From Candidatus Latescibacterota bacterium (GTDB taxonomy: Bacteria > Latescibacterota > UBA2968 > UBA8231): DNA of 64,000 nucleotides. The stretch is taken from positions 3,456,001-3,520,000 of the forward strand of contig OZ244561.1 in NCBI GenBank assembly GCA_965217585.1, in the 5' to 3' direction. Positions 51,000-60,752 of this stretch are shown here, piece after piece (position 1 is the first letter of the stretch; the number at the start of each line of letters is the position of its first letter). A model generated the notes under the pieces. That model ran no database searches, was not told the DNA's origin, and was given only the letters and a program-made list of their open reading frames with translations. The translations under genes were made by a program, and so were the position numbers.

Positions 51000-51859
51000 C
51001 CCCCGTCTTTTCCCAACGTCGTCGCCAACCCCAAGACGAACTGCCGCCCGGCCGGAAAATTGCGCCCATTGAGCGAGAAGCGCACCGCCGCCTCGACAGT
51101 CGTGCGCTGGCCGACGGTGTAGAGCAGGGCCGGCGTCAGGTAGGTGATGCGCTTGATCTCGGCTTCAATACTGCCAAAGACGACCGCCGGATTGCTGCGG
51201 AGTACCTCGCATTTGCCCAGCAGCATCAGTTGGCGCACGAGCTGATAGCCCAACTCGGCGTTGAGGAACCACTCGTCGCCTGGGTCGCGGTCGATCTGCT
51301 CGTTGCGGGTGCGGACGCGATAGCCGAGGTCCATGTTGCCGTACAAGGGTAGCGGCCAAAAGGAGCGCCCCACCTGCCCGACAACGTCGAAATCCCACTG
51401 CCCTTCGCCCACTGGGATCAGCCCGTCTTCGTTTTTGAACGTTCCGGTCGGTATCTTGACACCGGCCTTGAGCGAGAGGACCAAGGGTTTGGCCAAGAGG
51501 CGCAACTTGGCCAAGGCGCGGATGTCGCTCAGGCCGGTATCTGTGCGGGGTGCGGCGAACGCGGCGTTGGCAAAGGATTGATCGAAATAGGGAACCTGCA
51601 AGCCGAGGTCTAGGCGGTCGGTGACGCCGTATAGGCCCTCGAAAAAGACGGCGCGCGATTCGTATTGCCCATCGAAGTCGTAGCGAGCGCGGGTGCCGGG
51701 TGCGCCAAAGCGTCCTTTGCCGACATACCACTCCTGGGTTTGCTGCTGGAAATACGTGAGCTTGCCCCAGAACTGGCCTCTCTGCAAAGTCCAGGCTCCG
51801 GCATCCACATCGGCTGCCGCGCCTAGGAGTGCCAAACCGACCAACAGGTATTGGACCAT
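50996..51859 (-). CDS. Putative outer-membrane beta-barrel protein (phenol MetA/transporter-like)
   Basis: Signal peptide, YGVTDRLDLG..VPY, GLSDI, GVKIPTG, GEGQWD. Confidence 0.65.
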   Translation of the reverse strand: MVQYLLVGLALLGAAADVDAGAWTLQRGQFWGKLTYFQQQTQEWYVGKGRFGAPGTRARYDFDGQYESRAVFFEGLYGVTDRLDLGLQVPYFDQSFANAAFAAPRTDTGLSDIRALAKLRLLAKPLVLSLKAGVKIPTGTFKNEDGLIPVGEGQWDFDVVGQVGRSFWPLPLYGNMDLGYRVRTRNEQIDRDPGDEWFLNAELGYQLVRQLMLLGKCEVLRSNPAVVFGSIEAEIKRITYLTPALLYTVGQRTTVEAAVRFSLNGRNFPAGRQFVLGLATTLGKDGG

Positions 51860-51921
51860 GGCCGCATTCCTTTCGCGTATTGGGTTCGCAGTTTCCCCGT
51901 AGAATAAGTACTTTTAAGGCT

Positions 51922-53205
51922 GTGCATATACTGACTTTAGGAATCAATCACCGCACTGCGCCGGTAGAAATCCGCGAGCGGCTGGCCTTCCCCGAAAGCG
52001 ACCAGCCCTCGGCCCTAGCCCAACTCGTCGGCGACTACGGGCTGCACGAAGCGGCTATTCTCTCCACCTGCAACCGCTCCGAGCTGTACTTGGCTGCCGA
52101 TAGCGACAGCGGGCTGGCCCAAGTGCGCCGCTTTCTCGCCGAATGCCAAGGCGTAGATGTCGCGGCGCTTGAACCCCACTTCTATCAGCTCAACGACTCA
52201 GACGCGGCCGTTCACCTTTTTCGCGTCGCCAGCGGCATTGACTCCCTCGTCGTCGGCGAGTCTCAGATACTCGGGCAAGTGCGGCGCGCGCTGGAAATGG
52301 CCCAGCAAAACGGCTCGGCGCGCCTGTTGCTCAACGAGCTTTTTCAGCGCTCGCTGCGCGTGGGCAAGCGCGCGCGCGCCGAGACGGATATTGGCCGTGG
52401 CCGGCTGTCGATTAGTACGGCTGCGGTCGAGCTGGCGGGCCAGGTCTTTGAAAACCTGACGGGCTGCTGCGTGCTCTTGGTCGGCGCTGGCGAGATGGGC
52501 GCGCTCACGGCCCAGTACTTGGTTGATTCTGGCGTCGAGCGACTGTTGGTCAGCAGCCGCACTTTTGCCCGCGCCCAGTCGCTAGCCAGCCGCTTGGGTG
52601 GCGAGGCCGTGCCCTTTGCGGAACTAGCCGCTCAGCTCGCCACCGTTGACATCGTCATCTCGGCGACTGCGGCTGCGGACTACGTCATCCGGCCTACCGA
52701 GTTACGCCAGGCCATGGAGCAACGCCGAGGACGCCCGCTGTTCCTCATCGACATTGCCGTGCCGCGCGACATCGACCCGGCCGCCCGCGATATCGACAAC
52801 GTCTTCCTGTTCGATGAGGACGATCTCGAACAAGTCGTTGCGGCCAATCGCCAAGAGCGCGAGGGAGAGATACGCTGCGTGCAAGCCATTATCGACCACG
52901 AGCTAAAGGAGTTTTTGCACTGGTTTAACGCCTTGGGCACCGGCCCGCTAATCCGCGCCTTGCGCCAGCGCGCCGCTCACCTCCAAGAGCAGGAACTCAC
53001 ACGCTGGGCTGCCCAACTCGGCCCGCTCTCCGCGGCTGAGCGCCAGCTCGTCGAGGGCATCTTGCGCGGTTACGCCAACAAGCTCCTGCACGATCCGCTC
53101 GTGCAGATCCGCGAGTTTGCCAACGACGACGAGGGCTATGTCCGCCTCGATACGGTGCGCCGCCTCTTCCGACTCGACGATGAGGCCGAGGAGGAAGAAT
53201 CGTGA
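51922..53205 (+). CDS. hemA: Glutamyl-tRNA reductase
   Basis: GINHRTAP, STCNR, GESQILGQV, GAGEMG, DIAVPRD. Confidence 0.96.
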   Translation: MHILTLGINHRTAPVEIRERLAFPESDQPSALAQLVGDYGLHEAAILSTCNRSELYLAADSDSGLAQVRRFLAECQGVDVAALEPHFYQLNDSDAAVHLFRVASGIDSLVVGESQILGQVRRALEMAQQNGSARLLLNELFQRSLRVGKRARAETDIGRGRLSISTAAVELAGQVFENLTGCCVLLVGAGEMGALTAQYLVDSGVERLLVSSRTFARAQSLASRLGGEAVPFAELAAQLATVDIVISATAAADYVIRPTELRQAMEQRRGRPLFLIDIAVPRDIDPAARDIDNVFLFDEDDLEQVVAANRQEREGEIRCVQAIIDHELKEFLHWFNALGTGPLIRALRQRAAHLQEQELTRWAAQLGPLSAAERQLVEGILRGYANKLLHDPLVQIREFANDDEGYVRLDTVRRLFRLDDEAEEEES

Positions 53206-54014
53206 CGACGTTCTGCATTGTCTCTCTCGTCATCGCCTTGGCGTTCTACTTGGCTGCCGCGCTGCTGTTTCAAGGGCACTTTCTCTGGCACAAGAGCGGT
53301 TGGGACGCGTTGGGACGCAAGAGCTTGAAGTTGGGTCTGGTCGTACACGCAGTCAGCATCGTGCTGCACTTCGCGTTTTCCGGCCAAGCCCTCTTCGCCA
53401 ACATGGTGGTGATCATCACTTCGCTGGTCATGGCCTTGGTAGTCGCGGGCCTGCTCGGCGAGCGCTATGCGCGCATTCGCCACCTCGGGCTGCTGACCGC
53501 GCCCCTCGCCTTTCTCGGCCTGCTCTATCCGCTGCTGTTGCCCATCCGCTTTGCGGAGGCCGAGTCGATTCTCGTGGAATATCCCTTCCTCGGCATCCAC
53601 GTGGTGCTGACCTTGCTCGGGCACGTGGGCTTCGCGCTGGCGTTCTGCTCGGCAGTCGGCTACCTCGTCCAACACCAAGCCCTGAAAAAGGGGCGGCTCA
53701 ACAGCTATCTACCCGCGCTCGACACGGCTGCCGCGGCGACCTTTCGCTTTGCCGGCGGCGGCTTTTCGCTCTTTACCTTGGGCTTGGGCATGGGTGCGAT
53801 TTGGCTCTTTGGCGCGCCGGGAGAATACCTCGCGGGCGGGGATACCAAAATCTGGCTGGCCCTGCCGACGTGGTTCGTCTTTGGTATCTACCTCTATTTG
53901 CGCGGCATTGGCCGTCGGCACGGTCGCCGTCTTAAGTGGCTGGTGATTGCGGGGTTTGTGCTGGGGCTGATCAACCTGCTGTGGGTGCGCCACGATTTCG
54001 TCAATTTTGTCTAG
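53202..54014 (+). CDS. CcsA/HemX-like membrane protein
   Basis: About 8 TM helices, IHV, degenerate WWD region (W...DTK); coupled to hemA. Confidence 0.75.
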   Translation: MTTFCIVSLVIALAFYLAAALLFQGHFLWHKSGWDALGRKSLKLGLVVHAVSIVLHFAFSGQALFANMVVIITSLVMALVVAGLLGERYARIRHLGLLTAPLAFLGLLYPLLLPIRFAEAESILVEYPFLGIHVVLTLLGHVGFALAFCSAVGYLVQHQALKKGRLNSYLPALDTAAAATFRFAGGGFSLFTLGLGMGAIWLFGAPGEYLAGGDTKIWLALPTWFVFGIYLYLRGIGRRHGRRLKWLVIAGFVLGLINLLWVRHDFVNFV

Positions 54015-54049
54015 TGCGCCGCCGAAATGGCAGGAGTCGATACGCTTTA

Positions 54050-54105
54050 TTGTCAGTCTGATATTTATGTTAGTATAATCCCAATAACGTTATATCCTAT
54101 AACGT
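54050..54105 (+). promoter_or_regulatory. sigma70 promoter plus palindromic operator
   Basis: TTGTCA-N18-TATAAT, then perfect palindrome ATAACGTTAT (54084-54093) and a second ATAACGT. Confidence 0.55.
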
Positions 54106-54142
54106 CTTGCCTTATTCATAACCATCTGAAAGGAGCCGCGTT

Positions 54143-55147
54143 ATGAACTATCGATCCCTACTGATCGTCTGCTTGGCAACGCTGGGGCTAGCCGTCGCTG
54201 GCTGGGGACAAGCCGACGGTAAAATCGCGTTTCTCTCCGACCGCGAGGGGCATTCTGACGTGTGGGTTATGAATGCGGACGGGAGCGACCCCGTAAACCT
54301 GACCAAAGGGCGGGATTGCGCTAGCCCGGCTTGGTCTCCAGATGGCACGAAGATCGCCTATATCGGCGACATTTTTGACGACGATCAGTACGGGGGGGAG
54401 ATTTGGGTGATGGATGCCGACGGCGGCAATCCACAGCAGCTAACAGACGATTCGGCTAATAAAATACATCTTTCATGGTCTGCAGACGGGAGTAGCATTT
54501 ACTATAGGGCTTATAGGGCTATTGAGGAGCTGGATACGGACCATATAAGGGATGGCCCTTATATGTTTGTTATGGCGTTGGACGGAAGTGGCTCCTCGCC
54601 CGTGGACTGGAGAGAGGTACCTTACTACCGCTACTTCGGTCGTTCCTCGGACGGGACCAAAGAAGCAGTCGTCGTGCTGCGGGAACAAGGGGACGAAGAG
54701 AATCTCGCCCGCCTCTACCTGAGCGATGTTAGGGAAGATGATTCCTCGGTTTTTCATTGGCCTATCAGTGAAGCCGATCCCGCGATTTTTCTTCGGCAGA
54801 TCAGTGGAATCGAGGTTATCCCTCTACCTGACCTACACCAGATCAGTCTGTGCGTACGCGAGTCCACACCCCCGTTTCCTACCGTTATGTTTGACCAAGA
54901 TGGTGTGTGCGTGTCCGACGACACATTTATAGGTGGCGCAACTTGGTCGCCCAACAGTATGAGAATCGCCTTCGCTTCTTTCACTGAGCTCATTTGGGCC
55001 GTTGATCTAGACGGGGGCAATTTGGTCGAATTGACCAACGGCTTAGGTGGAGTCGCTCCCGCTTGGCAACCTGTCGTCCCTTCTGCTACTGCCACGAGCG
55101 TCGAGTCTCAGTCGTGGGGACGGATCAAAGCGCTGCTTTCTCATTAA
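54143..55147 (+). CDS. Secreted TolB-like (PD40) beta-propeller protein with C-terminal WGxIK tail
   Basis: Signal peptide, IAFLSDR, WVMNADG, PAWSPDG; tail TSVESQSWGRIK. Confidence 0.8.
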   Translation: MNYRSLLIVCLATLGLAVAGWGQADGKIAFLSDREGHSDVWVMNADGSDPVNLTKGRDCASPAWSPDGTKIAYIGDIFDDDQYGGEIWVMDADGGNPQQLTDDSANKIHLSWSADGSSIYYRAYRAIEELDTDHIRDGPYMFVMALDGSGSSPVDWREVPYYRYFGRSSDGTKEAVVVLREQGDEENLARLYLSDVREDDSSVFHWPISEADPAIFLRQISGIEVIPLPDLHQISLCVRESTPPFPTVMFDQDGVCVSDDTFIGGATWSPNSMRIAFASFTELIWAVDLDGGNLVELTNGLGGVAPAWQPVVPSATATSVESQSWGRIKALLSH

Positions 55148-55156
55148 TCGCGTCTC

Positions 55157-55197
55157 GTGCGTAGGGGCGGTGCGGAGCGCAGGCCGCCCCTACGCAC
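55157..55197. repeat. GTAG-type REP-like inverted repeat
   Basis: GTGCGTAGGGGCGG-N13-CCGCCCCTACGCAC. Confidence 0.7.
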
Positions 55198-55386
55198 CCT
55201 TCTGCATTAATCCCGCCTTACCGATCCATGTAGCGCAACCGCAACACGGCTGTTTCTCCCATACTACACCGCATCGCCTAGCAAAGCGTCCTTGTTCAGA
55301 GTGCAAGATGATTTAAGCGCTTGGCCTGCATTTTGCATAAGCCATGTAGCCGATTATCTTTGACCCACTACCAAAGGATGCTCACC

Positions 55387-55887
55387 ATGTCCACCCCACA
55401 ACCCTCTCCCGAGCTCACCACTCGCGATGTTTTGCAACAAATTGACCATCGCCTGAGTCTCATCGAGACGGATGTGCGCGAAAACAATAACAAGATCGAG
55501 GCTAAGATCGACGCTTTTGACCGCAAGTTTGAAGGCAAGATCGACGCTTTTGACCGTAAATTTGAGGCTAAGATCGACGCTTTTGACCGCAAGTTTGAAG
55601 GCAAGATCGACGCACTCGATAGCAAGGTCGAAGACGGGATCAATGCTCTTGACCGCAAAGTCGAAGGCAAGATCAACGCGCTCGATAGCAAGGTCGAAGA
55701 CGGGATCAATGCTCTTGACCGCAAAGTCGAAGGCAAGATCGACGCGCTCGATAGCAAGGTCGAAGGCAAGATCGAAGTCGAAGTACGCGAACTACGCCGT
55801 GAGCTCAACGGCAAATTTAACTTGGTTATCGGCTTGGTCATCACCTCTTGGCTGTCGATGATGGGTACGCTTCTCTTCAAATTGTAG
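55387..55887 (+). CDS. Coiled-coil protein with 11-aa KID repeats and C-terminal TM anchor (Bdr/DUF1640-like)
   Basis: KIDAFDRKFE[GA] and KIDALDSKVE repeats; hydrophobic C-terminus; AAAGGA RBS. Confidence 0.8.
   Translation: MSTPQPSPELTTRDVLQQIDHRLSLIETDVRENNNKIEAKIDAFDRKFEGKIDAFDRKFEAKIDAFDRKFEGKIDALDSKVEDGINALDRKVEGKINALDSKVEDGINALDRKVEGKIDALDSKVEGKIEVEVRELRRELNGKFNLVIGLVITSWLSMMGTLLFKL
55504..55770 (+). repeat. 33-bp intragenic tandem repeat (about 8 units)
   Basis: AAGATCGACGCTTTTGACCGCAAGTTTGAAGGC and variants. Confidence 0.85.
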
Positions 55888-56111
55888 ATACGGTCACACA
55901 CCCTTCCACACCAACTCTGCCCGATCAGTCTCAAGCGCAAACTCCGCGCCGACTCGCACAACAGATGCACGTAGCATGACCCCGCCCGACGCTGCCGTAG
56001 CTGGTTGAGTTTCATGCAAACTCGATGCGCCGCCGCGAGGGATTTGTATCGCCGTCGTTCTGCCGTATCTTCTGTCGCCTACAAAAAAATAAGGAGTTAT
56101 AGATACCCGAT

Positions 56112-57359
56112 ATGCCCCTCGACCAAATGCTCACCCCGGAAGAAGCCCGCGCCATCGTCCTTGAGCACGTACAAGTCCTCGGCCCCGAGCGCATTTCTCT
56201 GCTCGAAGCTACGGGTCGCGTGCTCGCCCAAGACGTGTTGGTGCGCCGCGACAATCCGCCCTGCGACAACTCGGCCATGGACGGCTATGCCGTGCGCCAT
56301 GCGGATGTAGCCGCAGCGGGGGACGATGCGCCCGTAGCCTTGGAGATCATCGAAGACATACCGGCCGGCAAGGTGCCGCAAAAAGCGGTCAGACCCGGTC
56401 AAGCCAGCCGCATTATGACGGGCGCGGCCGTGCCCGCCGGAGCCGACACCATCGCCCCAGTAGAGGACACCCGCCCTTCCGGGCAGGGGGTCGAGATCCT
56501 CGCCGTTGAAGAGTGCGGCGCGCACATTCGCCGGCGCGGCGAGGACATGCGCTGCGGTGAGCCGATCATCAAGGCCGGTACCGAGTGCGGCCCCGGCGAA
56601 CTGGCCGTGCTTGCCGCCGTGCAGCAGAGCTTCGTCTCGGTCTATCGCCGGCCGCACGTCGCCATTCTCTCCACCGGCGACGAGTTGGTCGAGATCGAAG
56701 AGGCGCCCGGAGAAGGCCAGATTGTCAACAGCAATACGTGTGCTCTAGCCGCCTTCTGCCACGCCCACGGAGCCGAACCAGTGATGCTGCCCACAGTAGC
56801 GGACGACGAGGCCGCGATCCGCGCCACCATTGAGGCCGCGATCCGCGCTGACTTCGCCGTCTCTTCAGGCGGCGTCTCGGTCGGCGAATACGACTTCGTC
56901 AAAAAGGTCCTCGACGACTTGGGGGCCGAGACGATCTTCTGGCGCGTGGCCATGAAACCAGGCAAGCCCCTGATCTTCTGCACGGTCGGCGGCGTGCCGT
57001 ACTTCGGCCTGCCCGGCAATCCAGTATCGAGCATGATGTCCTTTCTCCAGTTCGTGCGCCCCGCCATCCGCAAGGCCGCAGGCTATCCGCAAGCGGCGTG
57101 GTTTTTGCCCGAGGCGCACGCCCGGGTGGAAAGCCCCTGCGACAACGACGGCGATCGCCGCCAGTACATGCGCGCCACCTTGCGCTACCAAGATGGCCAG
57201 TTCTGGGTGCGCCCCGCCCGCAGCCAAGGCTCGCACATCATCAGCTCCATGCTCAACGCCAACAGCTTCGTCGTCCTCGAACCCCGCCAGCGCGCCGAAA
57301 TCGGCGACCAAGTCATGGTGCAGGTCGTTGGAGAGTTAGTGATGAGTGGTGAGGGATAG
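56112..57359 (+). CDS. moeA: Molybdopterin molybdenumtransferase
   Basis: SAMDGYA, IMTGA, STGDEL, SGGVSVG, PGKP, GLPGNP. Confidence 0.95.
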   Translation: MPLDQMLTPEEARAIVLEHVQVLGPERISLLEATGRVLAQDVLVRRDNPPCDNSAMDGYAVRHADVAAAGDDAPVALEIIEDIPAGKVPQKAVRPGQASRIMTGAAVPAGADTIAPVEDTRPSGQGVEILAVEECGAHIRRRGEDMRCGEPIIKAGTECGPGELAVLAAVQQSFVSVYRRPHVAILSTGDELVEIEEAPGEGQIVNSNTCALAAFCHAHGAEPVMLPTVADDEAAIRATIEAAIRADFAVSSGGVSVGEYDFVKKVLDDLGAETIFWRVAMKPGKPLIFCTVGGVPYFGLPGNPVSSMMSFLQFVRPAIRKAAGYPQAAWFLPEAHARVESPCDNDGDRRQYMRATLRYQDGQFWVRPARSQGSHIISSMLNANSFVVLEPRQRAEIGDQVMVQVVGELVMSGEG

Positions 57360-57416
57360 CGGCAAAAAAATCGCGACCTCCAGCACCACCCGGTCGCTTC
57401 ACCCTTAGGATCCGTT

Positions 57417-58481
57417 ATGGCTTCCAAAATACTCGACAATCGCGCCCTAAAACCACTGCAACCGGCGACCGCGCTGTGGAAACAGTACGACCCGGCGGCA
57501 GCGCCTCGCGCCTTTAAGGCCGAAAATCCAGCCCAAGCGCGACGCTGGCAAAAGACGACGCGCCGCGCTTTAGCCAAGCATCTAGGCCTAGCGACCGGCG
57601 ACGAGACGAATTTGGCAGCGCGCAAAGTAGAAGAAATCGACAAAGGCGATTATACGCGGCAAAAAATAATCCTCCGCACCGGCCCCCACGCGCAGATGCC
57701 GGTGTACATCTTGCTGCCCAAAGGTGCCACCGGCCCCCTGCCCACGGTCGTGGCTTTCCACGGCCACGGCTACGGGGTCAAGGACATTGTCGGTTTATGG
57801 GAGGATGGGGGGGAGCGCGACGAGCCCGACGGCTACCACAAGGACTTCGGCGTGGCCCTGTGCCGCGCTGGCTTTGCCGTGGCTGCCCCAGAAATTTCGG
57901 GCTTTGGCGAGCGCCAGACCGATTTCTCCTATCTGGAACGCGGCCAAGGAGCGCCTTCGACCTGTACCCATACGGCCATGCTCGCCTTCCACTTGGGCAC
58001 CTCGGTGGTCGGCATCCGCGTGCGCGATGGTCTGCGCTTGGTCGATTACTTGGAAACCCGCCCCGAATTCGACACCAGTCGCCTCGGCGCGATGGGCATT
58101 TCGGGCGGCGGCATGCACACCTTCTTCTCCACCTGCATGGACGAGCGCATCCGCGCCTGCGTGATCAGCGGCTACTACTCGACCTTCGAGCACAGCATCC
58201 TCGCCATGTCGCACTGCCCCTGCAACTATGTGCCGGGCTTGGCTGAATTCGGTGAAATGTACGATCTGGTCGGCCTCATCGCCCCGCGCCCATTGCTGGT
58301 GGAAGCCGGCACCCACGACCCCATCTTCCCCCTTGCTGCCGTGCGCTCCAGCCTGACCAAAGCGCGCAGAGTGTACGGGGTTTTCTCAGCCCGCCACCAA
58401 GTGGAAGCCGACATTTTTTCGGGCCGACACCAAATCAGCGGTGCCCGCGCCTACGATTTTCTCCGAGAGGCCCTCGTCTGA
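57417..58481 (+). CDS. Alpha/beta hydrolase (acetylxylan esterase/dienelactone hydrolase-like)
   Basis: HGHG, GISGGG nucleophile elbow, IAPRPL, DPIFP, GRH. Confidence 0.82.
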   Translation: MASKILDNRALKPLQPATALWKQYDPAAAPRAFKAENPAQARRWQKTTRRALAKHLGLATGDETNLAARKVEEIDKGDYTRQKIILRTGPHAQMPVYILLPKGATGPLPTVVAFHGHGYGVKDIVGLWEDGGERDEPDGYHKDFGVALCRAGFAVAAPEISGFGERQTDFSYLERGQGAPSTCTHTAMLAFHLGTSVVGIRVRDGLRLVDYLETRPEFDTSRLGAMGISGGGMHTFFSTCMDERIRACVISGYYSTFEHSILAMSHCPCNYVPGLAEFGEMYDLVGLIAPRPLLVEAGTHDPIFPLAAVRSSLTKARRVYGVFSARHQVEADIFSGRHQISGARAYDFLREALV

Positions 58482-58519
58482 AGGCAGTGCAAGCAGATTC
58501 TAACCCCAAGGAACCCTCC

Positions 58520-59527
58520 ATGAATCGCCCCCCCGCAGAATTCAAACGCGTACCCGTCGCCATGCTGCGCTCCTTTACCGCCGACTGTCTCAAGGCCGCC
58601 GGGCTGCGTGCCGACCACGCCGATCAGCTAGCCGAACTGTTGTCCAACTCCGACCTGCGCGGCGTGCGCTCGCACGGCACCCGCGCCATGGTTGGCTATT
58701 GCGGCGGCCTCCGCGACGGCACCGTCAACCCCAACCCCGACCTGCGCGTGCTCCAAGATACCGAAACCACGGTCCTCATCGACGGCGACGGCGGCTTGGG
58801 CTATGCGCCGATGATGCTGGCCACCGAAAAGGCCATTGAGAAGGCCAAGCAATACAAGGTCGCTCTCGGCGCGGCCTGCCACCTCGGGCACTACGGCTCG
58901 GCCGGGCACTACGTGCGCCGCGCCATGCAGGAGGGCTGCTGCGCCTTTTCGGTTCAGGGGCACCATCCCAATTACTTCGGCGAGGGCGGCGGCAACCGCG
59001 GCCAGCAGTCGGCCTATTGGGGCAACCCGCCGCTCTGCTTTGGCTTTCCGTCGGAAGAAGAGCCGCCGCTGGTCCTCGACGCGGCGACCTGCATCTTGGC
59101 CGACTATCATCGCGGCCCTGAATACGACGCTTTACAGGAGTTGATTCCGCCGGCTTTCTTCAAGTCGATGGGTTATACCGGCTCGGCCTTGACGCTGGGC
59201 GGGGCCTTCGTCGGCCAGAATAGCGACCGCGCCCGGGCCGCTGCCCAGCGGTGGCCCCGCGCTGGCAATGGCGGCCTGATCATCGTCATGGACATCGGCG
59301 CGTTCGCCCCCCCCGACGCCTTCCGCGCCGGTGTTGACACTCTCGTGCGCGGCGTCCGCGAGACCATGGAACCCGTGCGCGGCTACGACGAGGCGACCCT
59401 GCCGGGCACCATTGAGCACCGCAAGAGCGAGGAATACTCCCACGAAGGGATTCCGCTGGCCATGGACGATTTGGAAAGGCTAGCGGCGTGCGGGCGCGAG
59501 TTGGGGGTTGAGGCGGAGTGGGATTAA
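58520..59527 (+). CDS. Ldh_2 family oxidoreductase (second paralog)
   Basis: DLRGVRSHG, DGDGGLG, HYGSAG, GNPP. Confidence 0.82.
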   Translation: MNRPPAEFKRVPVAMLRSFTADCLKAAGLRADHADQLAELLSNSDLRGVRSHGTRAMVGYCGGLRDGTVNPNPDLRVLQDTETTVLIDGDGGLGYAPMMLATEKAIEKAKQYKVALGAACHLGHYGSAGHYVRRAMQEGCCAFSVQGHHPNYFGEGGGNRGQQSAYWGNPPLCFGFPSEEEPPLVLDAATCILADYHRGPEYDALQELIPPAFFKSMGYTGSALTLGGAFVGQNSDRARAAAQRWPRAGNGGLIIVMDIGAFAPPDAFRAGVDTLVRGVRETMEPVRGYDEATLPGTIEHRKSEEYSHEGIPLAMDDLERLAACGRELGVEAEWD

Positions 59528-59610
59528 ATATGGGCTGAGTGTTTTGTCGAATTGGGCGTATAATTTTAAGTGTCACTGCAAAACTTACGCCATTTTAGAA
59601 AAATCAACGC

Positions 59611-60672
59611 TTACTCGATCCGCACTTCCCGCCCCTGCTCCGCTGATTCGTACAGTCCGTCGAGCATCTTCTGCACCATCAGCCCGTGCTCTCCGGGCGA
59701 CAGGGTTTCCGCGCCGTAGAGTACGTGATCGACGAAGTTGCGCATCTTCTGGCCGAAGGCGTCGGCTGCCGGGCCGCTGGGCATCCAGTCGGGCCGGGTG
59801 TTGACCATGTAATCGTTGGCGTCGTGGAAAAGCCCCGGCGGGTCCCAGTTGGCACCGCCCTTCTCGCCCATCAGCGTGAAGTTCCACTCGTTCTTCTCGA
59901 TATGGGCGGCGAAGCTAGCCTCAATACTGAGCATCGCGCCGTTGGCAAAGCGGATATGCCCCACCGCTAAGTCCTCTATCGTATAGGTCTTGTAGTCCCA
60001 GTTGGGCCACTGCGAGATCACGTTTGACGGCTTGTCACCGAGGTAGGTATAGGTGCTGCCACTGGCTGCCACCGGTTTGGGCGCACCCATTGCATAGTGC
60101 GTGGTCTCCAGCATGTGGACGCCGATATCGATCAGCGGCCCGCCGCCTTGTAGGTCCTTGCGGCCAAAGACTCCCCAGTTGGGAATCCCCCGCCGCCGCA
60201 GGGCCTGCACCCGGGCGTACAGGACCGTGCCCAGTTCGCCGTTGTCAACGATCTTCTTGATAAACTGCGTCTTCGGCTCATAGCGGTTTTGGAATCCAAT
60301 AATCAGCTTTTTGCCGTTTTTCTCCGCGGCGTCGAGCATCTTTTGGCCCTCGCGCGCGTTCATGGCCAAAGGCTTCTCGACGAGGGCGTGGGCACCCGCA
60401 TCAAGCGCGGCGATGGTGCAGGGGGCGTGCAGACCGTTGGGTGTGCAGACGCTCACGGCGTCGGGTTCGACCTGCCGGAGCATTTCCCCGTAGTCGGCGT
60501 ACGCTTGGGGGATTTCGTATTCCTCACAGCAGTCTTGCGCTCTTTCGAGGGCCACATCCGCCACGGCCACCATCTCCACGTCGTCCATGTTTTGGTAATA
60601 GCGCATGTGCGCCTTGGCGATGCCGCCAGCGCCGATTAGGGCGACGCGCAGCTTGTCTTGCTTCTTGGTCAT
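59611..60672 (-). CDS. Gfo/Idh/MocA family oxidoreductase
   Basis: GAGGIA, CTPN..H, EKPLA, GGGPLIDIGVH. Confidence 0.92.
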   Translation of the reverse strand: MTKKQDKLRVALIGAGGIAKAHMRYYQNMDDVEMVAVADVALERAQDCCEEYEIPQAYADYGEMLRQVEPDAVSVCTPNGLHAPCTIAALDAGAHALVEKPLAMNAREGQKMLDAAEKNGKKLIIGFQNRYEPKTQFIKKIVDNGELGTVLYARVQALRRRGIPNWGVFGRKDLQGGGPLIDIGVHMLETTHYAMGAPKPVAASGSTYTYLGDKPSNVISQWPNWDYKTYTIEDLAVGHIRFANGAMLSIEASFAAHIEKNEWNFTLMGEKGGANWDPPGLFHDANDYMVNTRPDWMPSGPAADAFGQKMRNFVDHVLYGAETLSPGEHGLMVQKMLDGLYESAEQGREVRIE

Positions 60673-60706
60673 TGCTCTCCGTTCGTGTCTGGTTATGGCA
60701 AGGCAC

Positions 60707-60733
60707 AAAAAAACCGGCCCGCAGACCGGTTTT
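60707..60733 (-). terminator. Intra-operon hairpin / terminator
   Basis: AAAAAAACCGG..CCGGTTTT. Confidence 0.55.
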
Positions 60734-60752
60734 CTCTCCTACAGATACCATC

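Noticed and set aside
55504-55770. CRISPR array or DGR repeat
   Set aside because: In-frame coding tandem repeat with no spacers and no reverse transcriptase
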